22,313 nucleotides of DNA from Candidatus Heimdallarchaeota archaeon. GTDB taxonomy: Archaea; Asgardarchaeota; Heimdallarchaeia; JABLTI01. The stretch spans positions 1-22,313 of the forward strand of contig JAUWKS010000054.1 of assembly GCA_030614005.1 (NCBI GenBank). The letters are read 5' to 3'. Below, in pieces: positions 1 through 10,050 of this stretch. The notes below the pieces were generated by a model that ran no database searches, was not told the origin of the DNA, and was given only the letters and a program-made list of their open reading frames with translations. A program made the position numbers and the translations under genes. Position 1 is the first letter of the stretch. Every line of letters starts with the position of its first letter.

Positions 1-221
1 AGGATCTCGAAGTCTTAGGAGAGAGACAAGTGATATTTTACCAGACGAAAAAGCTGACCTTTTCTAAAGATATTGACCAAGAGCTTTTCTTGAAAAATAT
101 ATTCAAAATAATCGGTTGTACAGAGGTTAATTTATCAACAGCAATTCCTCGTTTAATTGTCTTATCTCGAATAAAGAATTGCCAAAAAACGAACATTTTA
201 TAATATGCTACTGTCTTTGAA

Positions 222-3200
222 TTATTCGTCTAATTGCTGAATATCTGAGATGTCAATCATAATAGCATTTACAGCAATTACTTTTCCTTTTTCATCTTTA
301 GTCATTGAGAGATTCACAATAACAGGTATTAAATGCCCGTCCTTATGCATTCTTTTTGTTTCAAAAGTAGCTTTTTTGTTCTTAATTGCTTTTTTGAAGA
401 TTTTCTTTTGAATTGTTTCTCGTTCAGGAGGTACTAAAATTGAAATATTTTTACCCGTTATTTCATTCACAGTGTAACCAAAAACATCCTTGATAGCGGG
501 ATTTACACTAATAATTTCTCCATCCGGAGAAGCTGAAATAATTACTTCATTACTAGATGTGACAACATCCATAAATCGCTTTTGTTCCTCTTCTACTGCT
601 TTCTTGGAGGTAATATCTTGTCCAATGAAAATAAGCGTTTCAGGATCTTTATTTTCATTTAATACTAAAGAAGCGCTCAAATCTATAATGAGTTCTTGGC
701 TTTCTTTGTCCTGAACTTTATATTCATCACTACTGATTACCCTTGATTTAATTATTATTTTAGTATGGTCCATTATTTTTCTTTTATGCACATCAATAAA
801 TAAATCAAAGAAATTCTTACCAACAAAATCTGATTCCAACCTGTAACCGAATATAATTATTGCTTGATGATTTACTCTGATTATTTTTCCGTCCAAATCA
901 GTATTTATTATAGCGAAAGGAGAGTTATCAACCAATCGTCGATATTGTGCTTGGCTCTCTATTAAAGCTTCTTCGTTCCATCGTTTTTCAAGAGCTGTTG
1001 CAAAGAATCGAATGATTGTATCAAAGAAAATTCTATCTTCTTCAGGAAATTCTTTTGTAGTATGTGCAATAATTTGTACCGTACCAATTAAATCACCCTT
1101 TGTGCTTACTATTGGCCAAGTAATATTTGCTTTTGCGCCAAATTTATTCAGTCGTTTCTGAAATCTTTGTGCGAGTTCATGTTTGCTGATATCTGGAGCG
1201 AAAACTGCTTTCTTTGATTTTGCGACATATGTATTTAGATAGGTTTCATCATCAATAGATAAAGGCTTAATATTTTTTATTCTCTCTTTGTCAACCATAG
1301 ATACCGCGATAGGATTTAACATTCGTTCTTTTTCATCAAACAGTCTGAAAGTACCAATATCAAATTGTAATACTTCGACCAAACCATTCAAAATTCGTTG
1401 ACAAAACTGTGGTATATCTTTTGCATGAACTGTTGCTTCAGCAAGGATATGAAATGCTTGTCTTTCCCTGTCCAGAGTCATTTGAGCTCTTTTTTGTTCT
1501 GTAATATCTAAAATGACTGCACCTGAGCTTTGGTATTCACCTGCAGCGTTTAATATGGGCGCAATGTTGACATTTATCCACTTTTCTTTTCCATCCTTTG
1601 CTTTCATTAATAGTTCTATTTTTATTGGTTCTTTGGTCTCTAACATATTATCAACAACAACTTGAAAATCAGTTCGTTGTTGAGGTGTCAAAGTTTGAGC
1701 TGTTAAGTCTTTAATAGTCATAGTTAACAATTCTTTTTGTGAGAATCCAGTTATTCGTTCAAACTCTTCGTTAACGAAAGTGAACTCACCTGGTAAAGCT
1801 ACAATTGATACACCCAATAAAGATTGTTCAGCAAAAGTGCGGAATTTTTCTTCGCTTGCTTGAAGAGCTCCAGTTGATCGTTGGTGTTCTAAAGCAGTGG
1901 TAAACATATCAGCTATTGTTTCGAATAATAATTTGTCTTCTTCAGGTATTTCTCGAGGTTCTTCAGAGACAAGTTGCAAAACTCCAAGAAGTTCATTCGC
2001 GGCATTAAAAATAGGATAAGTTATATTTGCTTTCATAATTGATAAACCGGATTTAGGTTTGTATTTCATTAATTCTTCATCTTGAGTTATATCATCAATA
2101 AAAATCGCTTTACCAGTTCTTGCTACAAGAGCATAAATATAATTTGTACTATCTATAGAAATTGAAGAGATGTCCTTTACAATATCCTCTGATTTGCCAA
2201 CTACTGCAACTAGTTCTAACATCCTTTGATCCACGTTATAGAGTACAATAATTCCACCGTCAAATCCAAATGTTTCAACCAAACCATCTAGTATTTTTTG
2301 ACAGAGAATTGAAATATCTTGTGAATGGATTGTTGCTTCAGCAATAATTTGAAATGCTTTCCGATCCCTAACAATTGCATCCTCAGCAAGTTTACGATCG
2401 GTAATATCAATCATCATTCCTTCTACATATCCTTCATTAGGATACATTCTAGCTGATTCACTTACCCAAGCTAACGAGCCATCAATGAGTTTCAGTTGTA
2501 ATTGATGTTCCTCATAGTAACCTTTTTTCCTTAATTGATCTATTAGTTTAAGTCGTTCTTCTTTATTTGGATAAAAATCAAAAGCATTATGTTTTTTTAA
2601 TTCCTCGACAGAATCAAAAGCAAAAATCTTTGCTAATTTATTATTTGCTTCAATAAATTCTCCTGTAGTAATATCTGTTCGATACATTCCCATTAATGCA
2701 TTCTCAAAAATATTCTGATATTTTATGAATGCCTCTTTATCATCAGTATTATCTATGATAACTGCAGAAATTGACATCAATTTCCCATCGACATCAAATG
2801 CACCAATGTTAAATTGGAGCCACCAGCGCTCTTCTCCATCTTTTTTGACAATTTTGTATTCAAGCATTTTAGGAACAATTGCATCATTCAATTGATCCAT
2901 TTGTTGATTGTAATAGCTTGAAAATTCTGTGTGAACGATTTCTTTAATAAAATGTGTTTTTTCTTTCCAAGCTTTAATCTCATACCCACTCAAATCTTCG
3001 AGAAATTTATCCACAAGAGAATATTTACCAGAAGGCAAGTCTATTTTTATGAATCCCCGAACTCTTCGAGTAAGCTGTTGATAAATACTTTGGAGTTCAT
3101 CTCTCATTTGCTCAAGTTCAATGATTTCACGTTCTAATCTGATACGCTGAGCGTGTTCTTCTTTTTCCCGCAAAGCACGCCCTATAGCTGGAGCAAGTCG

Positions 3201-3533
3201 TTCCAAACGTGATTTGATAACATAATCTGTTGCACCTCTTTTCAAAGTTTCAATGGCTAATTCTTCCCCAAGTACACCAGAAATGAAAATAAATGGCACT
3301 GCAGGTTTCTTCTCTTTCGCTAAAGCTAAAGCTTCTAATCCATCAAAGGACGGTAAATTATAATCAGCTAAAATTATATTCAAATCATCTTTAGTGAGTT
3401 CACGCTCAAAGTCAGCTCTATTTTCAACATGAATTATCTCACAATTAATATCATTGAGCAATAAGGTTTCTTTGACTAGTTCTGCATCATTCTTATTATC
3501 TTCAAGATGTAGAATTCTTATTGGACGTGACAT
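222..3533 (-). CDS. Response-regulator receiver protein with multiple sensor domains (REC-PAS-PAS-GAF-PAS-GAF-PAS-PAS), no output domain
   Basis: The N-terminal REC has intact motifs (ILHLEDN acidic pair, ILADY phospho-Asp, FISG, DYVIK). Repeated PAS/PAC signatures (e.g. KKDGEERW, KAKDGKEKW, HKDGHLIPV, DIT/DIS ends) and two GAF blocks follow. ATG at 3533 aligns with the start of the neighbouring paralog; the ORF track extends to GTG at 3545. Confidence 0.9.
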   Translation of the reverse strand: MSRPIRILHLEDNKNDAELVKETLLLNDINCEIIHVENRADFERELTKDDLNIILADYNLPSFDGLEALALAKEKKPAVPFIFISGVLGEELAIETLKRGATDYVIKSRLERLAPAIGRALREKEEHAQRIRLEREIIELEQMRDELQSIYQQLTRRVRGFIKIDLPSGKYSLVDKFLEDLSGYEIKAWKEKTHFIKEIVHTEFSSYYNQQMDQLNDAIVPKMLEYKIVKKDGEERWWLQFNIGAFDVDGKLMSISAVIIDNTDDKEAFIKYQNIFENALMGMYRTDITTGEFIEANNKLAKIFAFDSVEELKKHNAFDFYPNKEERLKLIDQLRKKGYYEEHQLQLKLIDGSLAWVSESARMYPNEGYVEGMMIDITDRKLAEDAIVRDRKAFQIIAEATIHSQDISILCQKILDGLVETFGFDGGIIVLYNVDQRMLELVAVVGKSEDIVKDISSISIDSTNYIYALVARTGKAIFIDDITQDEELMKYKPKSGLSIMKANITYPIFNAANELLGVLQLVSEEPREIPEEDKLLFETIADMFTTALEHQRSTGALQASEEKFRTFAEQSLLGVSIVALPGEFTFVNEEFERITGFSQKELLTMTIKDLTAQTLTPQQRTDFQVVVDNMLETKEPIKIELLMKAKDGKEKWINVNIAPILNAAGEYQSSGAVILDITEQKRAQMTLDRERQAFHILAEATVHAKDIPQFCQRILNGLVEVLQFDIGTFRLFDEKERMLNPIAVSMVDKERIKNIKPLSIDDETYLNTYVAKSKKAVFAPDISKHELAQRFQKRLNKFGAKANITWPIVSTKGDLIGTVQIIAHTTKEFPEEDRIFFDTIIRFFATALEKRWNEEALIESQAQYRRLVDNSPFAIINTDLDGKIIRVNHQAIIIFGYRLESDFVGKNFFDLFIDVHKRKIMDHTKIIIKSRVISSDEYKVQDKESQELIIDLSASLVLNENKDPETLIFIGQDITSKKAVEEEQKRFMDVVTSSNEVIISASPDGEIISVNPAIKDVFGYTVNEITGKNISILVPPERETIQKKIFKKAIKNKKATFETKRMHKDGHLIPVIVNLSMTKDEKGKVIAVNAIMIDISDIQQLDE

Positions 3534-3654
3534 AAGTGGTTTCACTTTTTATACATTGATCTATGGCTAATGAGTAACCTACTAAGTTAACTTAAAAGTA
3601 CTAAACTAACCAATTGCTTATCTTTATTGTGATTGATGAAAATTAGAAAAGGTT

Positions 3655-6525
3655 TTAGCTTTTTAGAGCTAAGAACAAAATCGCCGTTTTATTTGAAAAG
3701 TTTGTTTTATATAAATCCATTTCAAATTCGATTACTTTCTGTATTTTAGTTTTTACTGCTAGTTGATATCTCTCTTTACCAGATTTGAGAGTTTTTTCAA
3801 GGATAGCATTAAATTCCAATAATTTATTATCAGGTATTAGTTCCTGAATAGTCATTTTTCGTAATTCTTTAATTGTGTAAGCTAATTTTTGCTGCGCTTT
3901 TTTGTTTACTCTTAAGATTTTTCCTGTTTCAGGATCAATTATAAGAACCAAATCTCCAACGGCAGTTAATACTGATAATAGATTTTTCTCCGAATTCTGG
4001 TATTCTTCTTCCACAAGCATTTTAGCAAATGAAGTACCAATTTCTCTCCCAATAGCTTCCATTGTTGCTAAATCTTCCTTCGTTATAGCTCGTTTCTCTT
4101 TTGTGCTTAGAAATAACCCACCAATAACTTTCTGTTTTGAGAAGAAAGGTACACCAATTAAAGTGGCTATACCTAAGTCTACGTGTGCTTCGTTTCTCGT
4201 CATATAATCGGGTAAAAGAATTGATTTCCCACCGACAAATAGTTTTTTGATTCCTGGACTAGTGATTTTTATTTTTTCTGCCACTTTTATGTACTTAGTA
4301 GACATACCTAATGATCTTCTGATTGTGGCGGTTTCACTACCCTCATCGATGAAATAGATAGCTCCACCATTGAAATCCAACGAATTTAGAATAGCACTTA
4401 AAGTAAAATCTAACAATTCATTTAAACTTCTTGCCAAGTACCCAGCTGAAATAATTTTATTGAGAACTTCCAATTCATAAGATCTATCTCGTAAAGATGC
4501 TTCTAAACGCTTTACTTCTGTAATATCAACAATGACTGCATTAGAAATGAATTTTCCTGTTTTTTCATCTTTACTAGGAGTCACAGTTATAATGACAGGT
4601 ATCAATGTCCCGTCTTTATGTTGTCGGATACTCTCAAAAGTTGCTCTGCCGGATTTCTTTATAGTATCAAACATCTTTTTTTGATTACCTACTCCACCTG
4701 GAGGTGCTAACTTTGAGAACCTTTCACCTATTAATTCATTTGGCATGTAGCCGAAAACTTCTTTGACAGGAGAGCTAGCAAAGAATATTATCCCTTTCTC
4801 ATCCACTTGAATTACTACTTCTCTACTACTTTCAACGATATTTGCAAGAACGCGCTTAGCACGTTCTGATTCCAGAAGTGCTTCATCTGCAAGCTTACGC
4901 TCTAATGAAGAAGCAAACATATCCACAATAGTCTCAAAGAAGATCCTATCTTCTGGGGAAAAATTCTTTACTTTTCTAGAAACTAATTTTAAGGTACCGA
5001 TTAACTCTTGTTTTGAACTTAAAATTGGCCATGAAATAAAAGCTTGAATATTTTCTAATCTAAAAGGAGTTGTTCTTAGTCTCGCATATTCGCTCTTAGT
5101 CAAATTTGGAGCAAATAAAGGTCGTTTATGACGAGCAACATCAGCTGTTATATACGTATAATCATCAATGGATATTGAAGTAGAGTAATGTTCCTTATTA
5201 TCATTGAAACCTACATTTGCTACAAGCTCAAGAGTCCTATCTTCTTTTTTATAGAGTCGTATTGTACCAAATTCAAAATCCAATGTTTCTATTAACCCAT
5301 TTAAAATTTGATTACACATATCTGGTATATCAGTAGCATCTACTGCTGCTTCAGCAATTATCTGATATGCACGTCTATCTCGTTTCAAAGCTGCTTCAGC
5401 TTTTTTCTGACTGGAGATATCAATCATAACTCCCTCAATATAACCTTTGTTGGCATAAATTTTTGATGACATACTTATCCAGATAGGCGTTCCATCTTTT
5501 CTTTTAAGTTGTAAATGATGGTTATGGACATAACCTTGCTTACTCATTAAATCGATAGCTTTTTCTCTCGCCTCCTCAGAATAATAGAAATCCTTTGCGT
5601 TGAGTTGTTTAAACTCTTCAAGCGAGGTAACACCAAAAATTACCGCCATATTTTCATTTGCTTCCAGAATATTACCATATTCTATATCACTTCTAAACAT
5701 ACCAACAAGAGCATTTTCAAACAAATTCTGATACTTTAGAAATGATTCTTTGGAGTCTGTGTTATCGACTATGACTATAGACACAGAGATTAACTTCTGA
5801 TTAATATCATAAGCACCGATTGCAAATTGAAGCCACCAACGTTCTTCTCCATCCTTCTTAATAATTTTATATTCGGTCATTCGAGGAACTATGCCATCTT
5901 TCATTTTATTGAAGCTATCTTGATAGATATTTTGATAGTCAGGATGTACCAATGTTTCAATGAAATTCGGAGTAGCATACCATTCCTTAGTTGAATACCC
6001 ACTTAATTCTTCTAGATATTTGTCCACCAATGAATATTTTCCAGATGGTAAATTCATTTTCAAGAAACCGCGCACTCGTTCGGCGATTTTCTCATACATA
6101 ATAATTAGTTCTGAAATCTCACTTTCGAGTTTTATACGCTGGTCTCGATCTTCAACTTCCCGAATAGCTCGTAGAATAGCAGGTACTAACCGCTCTAAAC
6201 GAGATTTCAATACATAATCTGTTGCTCCACTATGCATGGCTTCAATTGCAAGTTCTTCTCCAAGAACAGCTGATACTAAAATAAATGGAACAATTAACCC
6301 ACGCTCTCTTGTTTCTTTCAGAGCAGAAAGTCCATCAAATGAGGGTAAACTATAATCAGCGAGTATTAAATCAAAAGTTTTTTCTTCTATGGTTTTTACG
6401 AAATCTTCGCGAGTATCTACCTTAATAATTGTGAAATTTAGATCTTCCAATAATAGAATTTCTTTCACTAATTCTGCATCGGTTTGATTATCCTCCAGAT
6501 GCAGAATTCTCAAGGGATTTTTCAT
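3655..6525 (-). CDS. Response-regulator receiver protein with multiple sensor domains (REC-PAS-PAS-GAF-PAS-GAF-PAS), no output domain
   Basis: 956-aa ORF. REC motifs (ILHLEDN, ILADYSLPSFDG, DYVLK) are followed by PAS/GAF blocks. The first ~550 aa are clearly collinear with the adjacent paralog. Confidence 0.9.
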   Translation of the reverse strand: MKNPLRILHLEDNQTDAELVKEILLLEDLNFTIIKVDTREDFVKTIEEKTFDLILADYSLPSFDGLSALKETRERGLIVPFILVSAVLGEELAIEAMHSGATDYVLKSRLERLVPAILRAIREVEDRDQRIKLESEISELIIMYEKIAERVRGFLKMNLPSGKYSLVDKYLEELSGYSTKEWYATPNFIETLVHPDYQNIYQDSFNKMKDGIVPRMTEYKIIKKDGEERWWLQFAIGAYDINQKLISVSIVIVDNTDSKESFLKYQNLFENALVGMFRSDIEYGNILEANENMAVIFGVTSLEEFKQLNAKDFYYSEEAREKAIDLMSKQGYVHNHHLQLKRKDGTPIWISMSSKIYANKGYIEGVMIDISSQKKAEAALKRDRRAYQIIAEAAVDATDIPDMCNQILNGLIETLDFEFGTIRLYKKEDRTLELVANVGFNDNKEHYSTSISIDDYTYITADVARHKRPLFAPNLTKSEYARLRTTPFRLENIQAFISWPILSSKQELIGTLKLVSRKVKNFSPEDRIFFETIVDMFASSLERKLADEALLESERAKRVLANIVESSREVVIQVDEKGIIFFASSPVKEVFGYMPNELIGERFSKLAPPGGVGNQKKMFDTIKKSGRATFESIRQHKDGTLIPVIITVTPSKDEKTGKFISNAVIVDITEVKRLEASLRDRSYELEVLNKIISAGYLARSLNELLDFTLSAILNSLDFNGGAIYFIDEGSETATIRRSLGMSTKYIKVAEKIKITSPGIKKLFVGGKSILLPDYMTRNEAHVDLGIATLIGVPFFSKQKVIGGLFLSTKEKRAITKEDLATMEAIGREIGTSFAKMLVEEEYQNSEKNLLSVLTAVGDLVLIIDPETGKILRVNKKAQQKLAYTIKELRKMTIQELIPDNKLLEFNAILEKTLKSGKERYQLAVKTKIQKVIEFEMDLYKTNFSNKTAILFLALKS

Positions 6526-6773
6526 AGATTAACACTCAATTAACACCGAAATATAAAATCTAATTTCGTTACACTATTTATTATTGCAACACTCACTGTT
6601 ATAAAATAGTTACTTTTATGAACATTTCCAATGTAAAATCTAAAATATCGACATTTTGAACCAATCAGTAACTAAAGGACCACATAAAATATTTCAATGC
6701 CAACGTTTATTATAAATTGCCAAAGTAATTAACTTTTTAAGCGACAAAAATAGGCAATTGTAGAGGAAAATAC

Positions 6774-7526
6774 ATGAAAACTATCAAAATATTCGATATG
6801 AATTGGCCTGATATAGGTGAAGCTATAGAGCAGGGGTTTGATTCGATAATAATTGCAGTAGGAGCTATTGAACAGCATGGACCACATTTACCTTTGAAAA
6901 CGGATTCATTAATAGGTGAAGAATTAACACACAGCATTGCAAAAAAACTCGGAAAAACTTTACAGGGACCAACAATAAATGTCGGTTGTTCTGAGCATCA
7001 CATGGAATTTCCTGGTACAGTGTCAATTTTGGATAGTACGCTCAAAAGCATCATTAGTGATTATACTCAGAGTTTCGTAAAACATGGTTTTAAGAACATC
7101 ATATTCATCCCAAGCCATGGAGGTAATTTTGCTGCAATGGGAGAAGTAATTGAGAAATTACAAGAGCAGTATCCAGACAACAATGTAATTGGTTATGCAG
7201 ATCTTACAAAATACCTTGAAATTATAAAACAGATATCTGTAGAAGCTGGGATAACTGCAGAAGAAGGAGGAGCTCATGCAGGTGAAAATGAAACATCTAT
7301 AATGCTCGCCCTTGAAGAAAAGCTTGTTGTAAAGGAACGATTTGAACCAGGTTATGTTGGTATATTTGGAGAGAAGGAAAGAAATCTTGCCTTCTCCAAA
7401 GGATTGAAAGCACTTACGGATAATGGTGTTTTTGGTGATCCAACCAAAGCTAATTGGAAAGCTGGCAAAGTTTACTTACAAAAGCTATGCGATTTCTTAG
7501 TTTCTGAAATTAAGAAACAAATGTGA
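6774..7526 (+). CDS. Creatininase / creatinine amidohydrolase family protein
   Basis: Family motifs GAIEQHGPHLPLKTD, SHGGN, HAGENETS and GVFGDPT. GAGG lies upstream of the ATG. Confidence 0.9.
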   Translation: MKTIKIFDMNWPDIGEAIEQGFDSIIIAVGAIEQHGPHLPLKTDSLIGEELTHSIAKKLGKTLQGPTINVGCSEHHMEFPGTVSILDSTLKSIISDYTQSFVKHGFKNIIFIPSHGGNFAAMGEVIEKLQEQYPDNNVIGYADLTKYLEIIKQISVEAGITAEEGGAHAGENETSIMLALEEKLVVKERFEPGYVGIFGEKERNLAFSKGLKALTDNGVFGDPTKANWKAGKVYLQKLCDFLVSEIKKQM

Positions 7527-7543
7527 GGGTTTTCACCTCATAT
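7521..7543. terminator. Possible hairpin terminator between convergent genes
   Basis: ATGTGAGG-GTTTTCA-CCTCATAT stem (one G-U pair) at the junction of the convergent ORFs ending at 7526 and 7556, followed by an AT-rich stretch. Confidence 0.3.
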
Positions 7544-7555
7544 TTGAATTCATTT

Positions 7556-7978
7556 TTATTCAGTTTCTTTGGCGGCATATGCAGCATCTATATGTAAATC
7601 TGTTTCTATGAAATCATCTTGCAATATTTCGCGTTCACGTTTTCGGGTAATTAGAATATAGATTATTCTTATCAGTGAGTAGCCAGATGCAGGGAAAAAC
7701 CAAAAAATTGGTGGAATGATAAAAATCATTGCTAAACCAAAACCAAGCGCTGCACCAACACCGCCTATTCCATCACCCGTGTCAATATTTGTTGTAAAAG
7801 GGAAAATCAAAACGATATTTACAATTAACATTATTCCTAATGTTGTCAACCAAGTGAAAGTATTAGCTTTCACTCTTTTCTGTTTTTTAAACACTAATCT
7901 ATAAAAGATGATGTTTATTGCCAAACTTATTACCAACGAGATTACAATATAAAGAGTCATTGCTGTACCAGAATCCAA
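7556..7978 (-). CDS. Hypothetical small membrane protein (about 3 TM helices)
   Basis: 140-aa ORF with three long hydrophobic segments separated by basic patches. GGAGG lies 7 nt upstream of the TTG start. Confidence 0.75.
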   Translation of the reverse strand: MDSGTAMTLYIVISLVISLAINIIFYRLVFKKQKRVKANTFTWLTTLGIMLIVNIVLIFPFTTNIDTGDGIGGVGAALGFGLAMIFIIPPIFWFFPASGYSLIRIIYILITRKREREILQDDFIETDLHIDAAYAAKETE

Positions 7979-8248
7979 ATTAGATCCTCCAGGTTATTTA
8001 ACAGATTTCAATCAAATAGTTAGTACTAAATTATTCTATATTAACATTCGTTATCTAGTAGAATTTTGAGTCATTCTTTGCCGCAAAAGAAAGAATATTA
8101 GACATTAAAGGTAATATTTTATTAAAAATTCATCTTGATAATTGTAAGAATTATACATAATTATAAGGAATAAATTTAAATTGTATAATTAGAAACAAGA
8201 TTTCAGTCTAGAATTGCATATTAATCTGTTAAAAGGACATTAAAGCAA

Positions 8249-9094
8249 ATGAATCCCCGCAATGAAAATACGCCCAGTTCACCAAAGCGTAACTCTCAAA
8301 TTAAAGCTATTATATTCGATTTTGATGGTGTTTTATCATCTTTTGTTGTTAGACTTGGTTGGCCTCTTATCCAGAGTGTGATGATGGTAAAACCAGAGAT
8401 TACTGAAAAACAAATCAATAAGGCATCCCTTGAAGTATTTTCACTGCTAACTACATTGGACAAAAAACCAAAAAATACTAGCTTGGCTAAATTTTCGTTC
8501 CAAATGGGGAAAAAAATGGGTATGACTAATTTTCAAGCATTGAAATTCATTATTACCACAGTTATTATGTTTCTGAAAAGCCGTATGAATATTGTTCCAA
8601 CTATTGGCGTTCGTAAAGTATTACGAGAACTTCTTGCAGAAGATTATAAAGTAATTCTTTTAACAAACACCAGTAGAAAAGTGATTAAAAAAGCTTCCAA
8701 AACAATACCTGAAATAAAAGAATTTGATCTTATTCTCACCCGAGATGATATTGATAATATAAAACCAGATGCTAGCGGGTTCTTTAAAGCTCTAGAAATA
8801 TTGAACCTCAAAGCAAGTGAAGTATTGTCTATTGGTGATCAAGCAAGTGATATTATAGCGAGTAAAAAAGCTGGAATAAGAACAATAGCTGTTACTGAGA
8901 AGCATATGGCTCATTCAAGACCACACTTACAACAACAAAACCCAGATTTCTTTCTGAGAGATATGAGAGATTTACCCTCTCTTTTGATATTCTTGCGCGA
9001 TTGTATCATTGAAGATATTCGAACTACAATTGATTTGAATGAAATTTCTTTGAAAGAGTACATAGCTCAAAATAATCTTAGTTCATCTCAATAA
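8249..9094 (+). CDS. HAD-superfamily hydrolase (phosphoglycolate-phosphatase-like)
   Basis: All four HAD motifs are present: IIFDFDGVL, LLTN, KPD and IGDQASD. Confidence 0.88.
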   Translation: MNPRNENTPSSPKRNSQIKAIIFDFDGVLSSFVVRLGWPLIQSVMMVKPEITEKQINKASLEVFSLLTTLDKKPKNTSLAKFSFQMGKKMGMTNFQALKFIITTVIMFLKSRMNIVPTIGVRKVLRELLAEDYKVILLTNTSRKVIKKASKTIPEIKEFDLILTRDDIDNIKPDASGFFKALEILNLKASEVLSIGDQASDIIASKKAGIRTIAVTEKHMAHSRPHLQQQNPDFFLRDMRDLPSLLIFLRDCIIEDIRTTIDLNEISLKEYIAQNNLSSSQ

Positions 9095-9155
9095 TTGAAC
9101 AAGCCAAAATAACTGATTTAGAAAAAAAAGTGGTTTGAAGAAAATTAGAGAAAGA

Positions 9156-9506
9156 TTATATTTTATTTTCCTTTTTATCAGGGAAAATTGTTTCTATTTT
9201 TGGCCATGTATCTGTCAGTTGAGCTACGGCAAAAATATGAGAACAGATGCCTCTGTGTTTAAAGAAAGGACAATTACATTCATACAAGCCTTCTGTATAC
9301 CGCACCCAATATTTACCATATTTCTTACTGATTACCATATACTTGAACCAAGCCCAATTATCAGTGCCTTGGAATTTTTCTCCGTCCATAAATTGTAATT
9401 TCTTAGAATTTCGAAGATATCTTTTGCTCAATTTGAATTTATTAGCAACCAATCGATCTTTTGGAATCCACTCTTTTATCCAGTTGGGCATTGGCACAAG
9501 TATCAC
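9156..9506 (-). CDS. Small SWIM zinc-finger protein
   Basis: YECNCPFFKHRGICSHIFAV matches the CxC-x(n)-CxH SWIM motif. GTG start lies 17 bp downstream of the arsR stop, with GAGTGAG upstream. Confidence 0.8.
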   Translation of the reverse strand: MILVPMPNWIKEWIPKDRLVANKFKLSKRYLRNSKKLQFMDGEKFQGTDNWAWFKYMVISKKYGKYWVRYTEGLYECNCPFFKHRGICSHIFAVAQLTDTWPKIETIFPDKKENKI

Positions 9507-9523
9507 TTACTCACTCAAGTAAA

Positions 9524-10000
9524 TCATTTCTTAGGAACTGTAAATAGCAATTCTCTGAACTTTTCAAGAAAAGGGCGAAATCTCTCTTCAATTCTATATA
9601 ATTTCCAAAGACCTTCTTGTTTGAAGGTTACCATTCCAGAATCTCTCAATAGTTTAAGATGATGTGATATTAGGGTTTGATGAATTTTGAGAATATATTC
9701 AAATTCGCAATTGCAAGCCCAACTTCTTTCAAGCAATATTGCTAGTATTTTCAATCGTATTGGATTTGAAACCACACGTAAAATTTCACTAAAAGAATCA
9801 GCTTCTTTAAAAGCAGGTATTGTTTCTATTCGTTCCTCCCATTCCTCTAAAGAACAACATAAAGATTTAAGCTCAGATCCGTCGATTAATTTCACAATCT
9901 TTTCACTGAGCTTTTCCTTCTTGATATCAGTATCAATCTTTCTTGAATTTTCGTTCTGTTCTACAGTCATTTTACTGTCCCTTTTTACATTCAATTTCAT
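9524..10000 (-). CDS. arsR: ArsR/SmtB-family metalloregulatory repressor
   Basis: NPIRLKILAIL, alpha3 CNCE, and HQTLISHHLKLLRDSGMV...EGLWKLYRI winged HTH; adjacent to arsM. An alternative start is ATG at 9970. Confidence 0.9.
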   Translation of the reverse strand: MKLNVKRDSKMTVEQNENSRKIDTDIKKEKLSEKIVKLIDGSELKSLCCSLEEWEERIETIPAFKEADSFSEILRVVSNPIRLKILAILLERSWACNCEFEYILKIHQTLISHHLKLLRDSGMVTFKQEGLWKLYRIEERFRPFLEKFRELLFTVPKK

Positions 10001-10050
10001 AACTAGAATATAAATTGTTGGAAGGACTAGAGTAATTGAAAATTGCTATT

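Noticed and set aside
3-203. Open plus-strand frame at the window start (DLEVLGERQ...KTNIL*)
   Set aside because: It could be the 3' end of an upstream gene, but it has no recognisable motif and another frame closing near position 67 is equally plausible.
3583-3594. 12-bp palindrome TAAGTTAACTTA upstream of the first REC gene
   Set aside because: It is short and AT-rich, expected by chance at this composition, and has no counterpart upstream of the paralog.
490-6217. Short plus-strand ORFs (490, 2931, 3902, 5960) inside the REC-PAS-GAF genes
   Set aside because: These are antisense shadows of long, well-supported genes, with no motifs.
6526-6600. Repeated AACAC-type words (TTAACAC twice, 11 bp apart) upstream of the second REC gene
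   Set aside because: They overlap the likely ribosome-binding region and are too short and degenerate to call a binding site.
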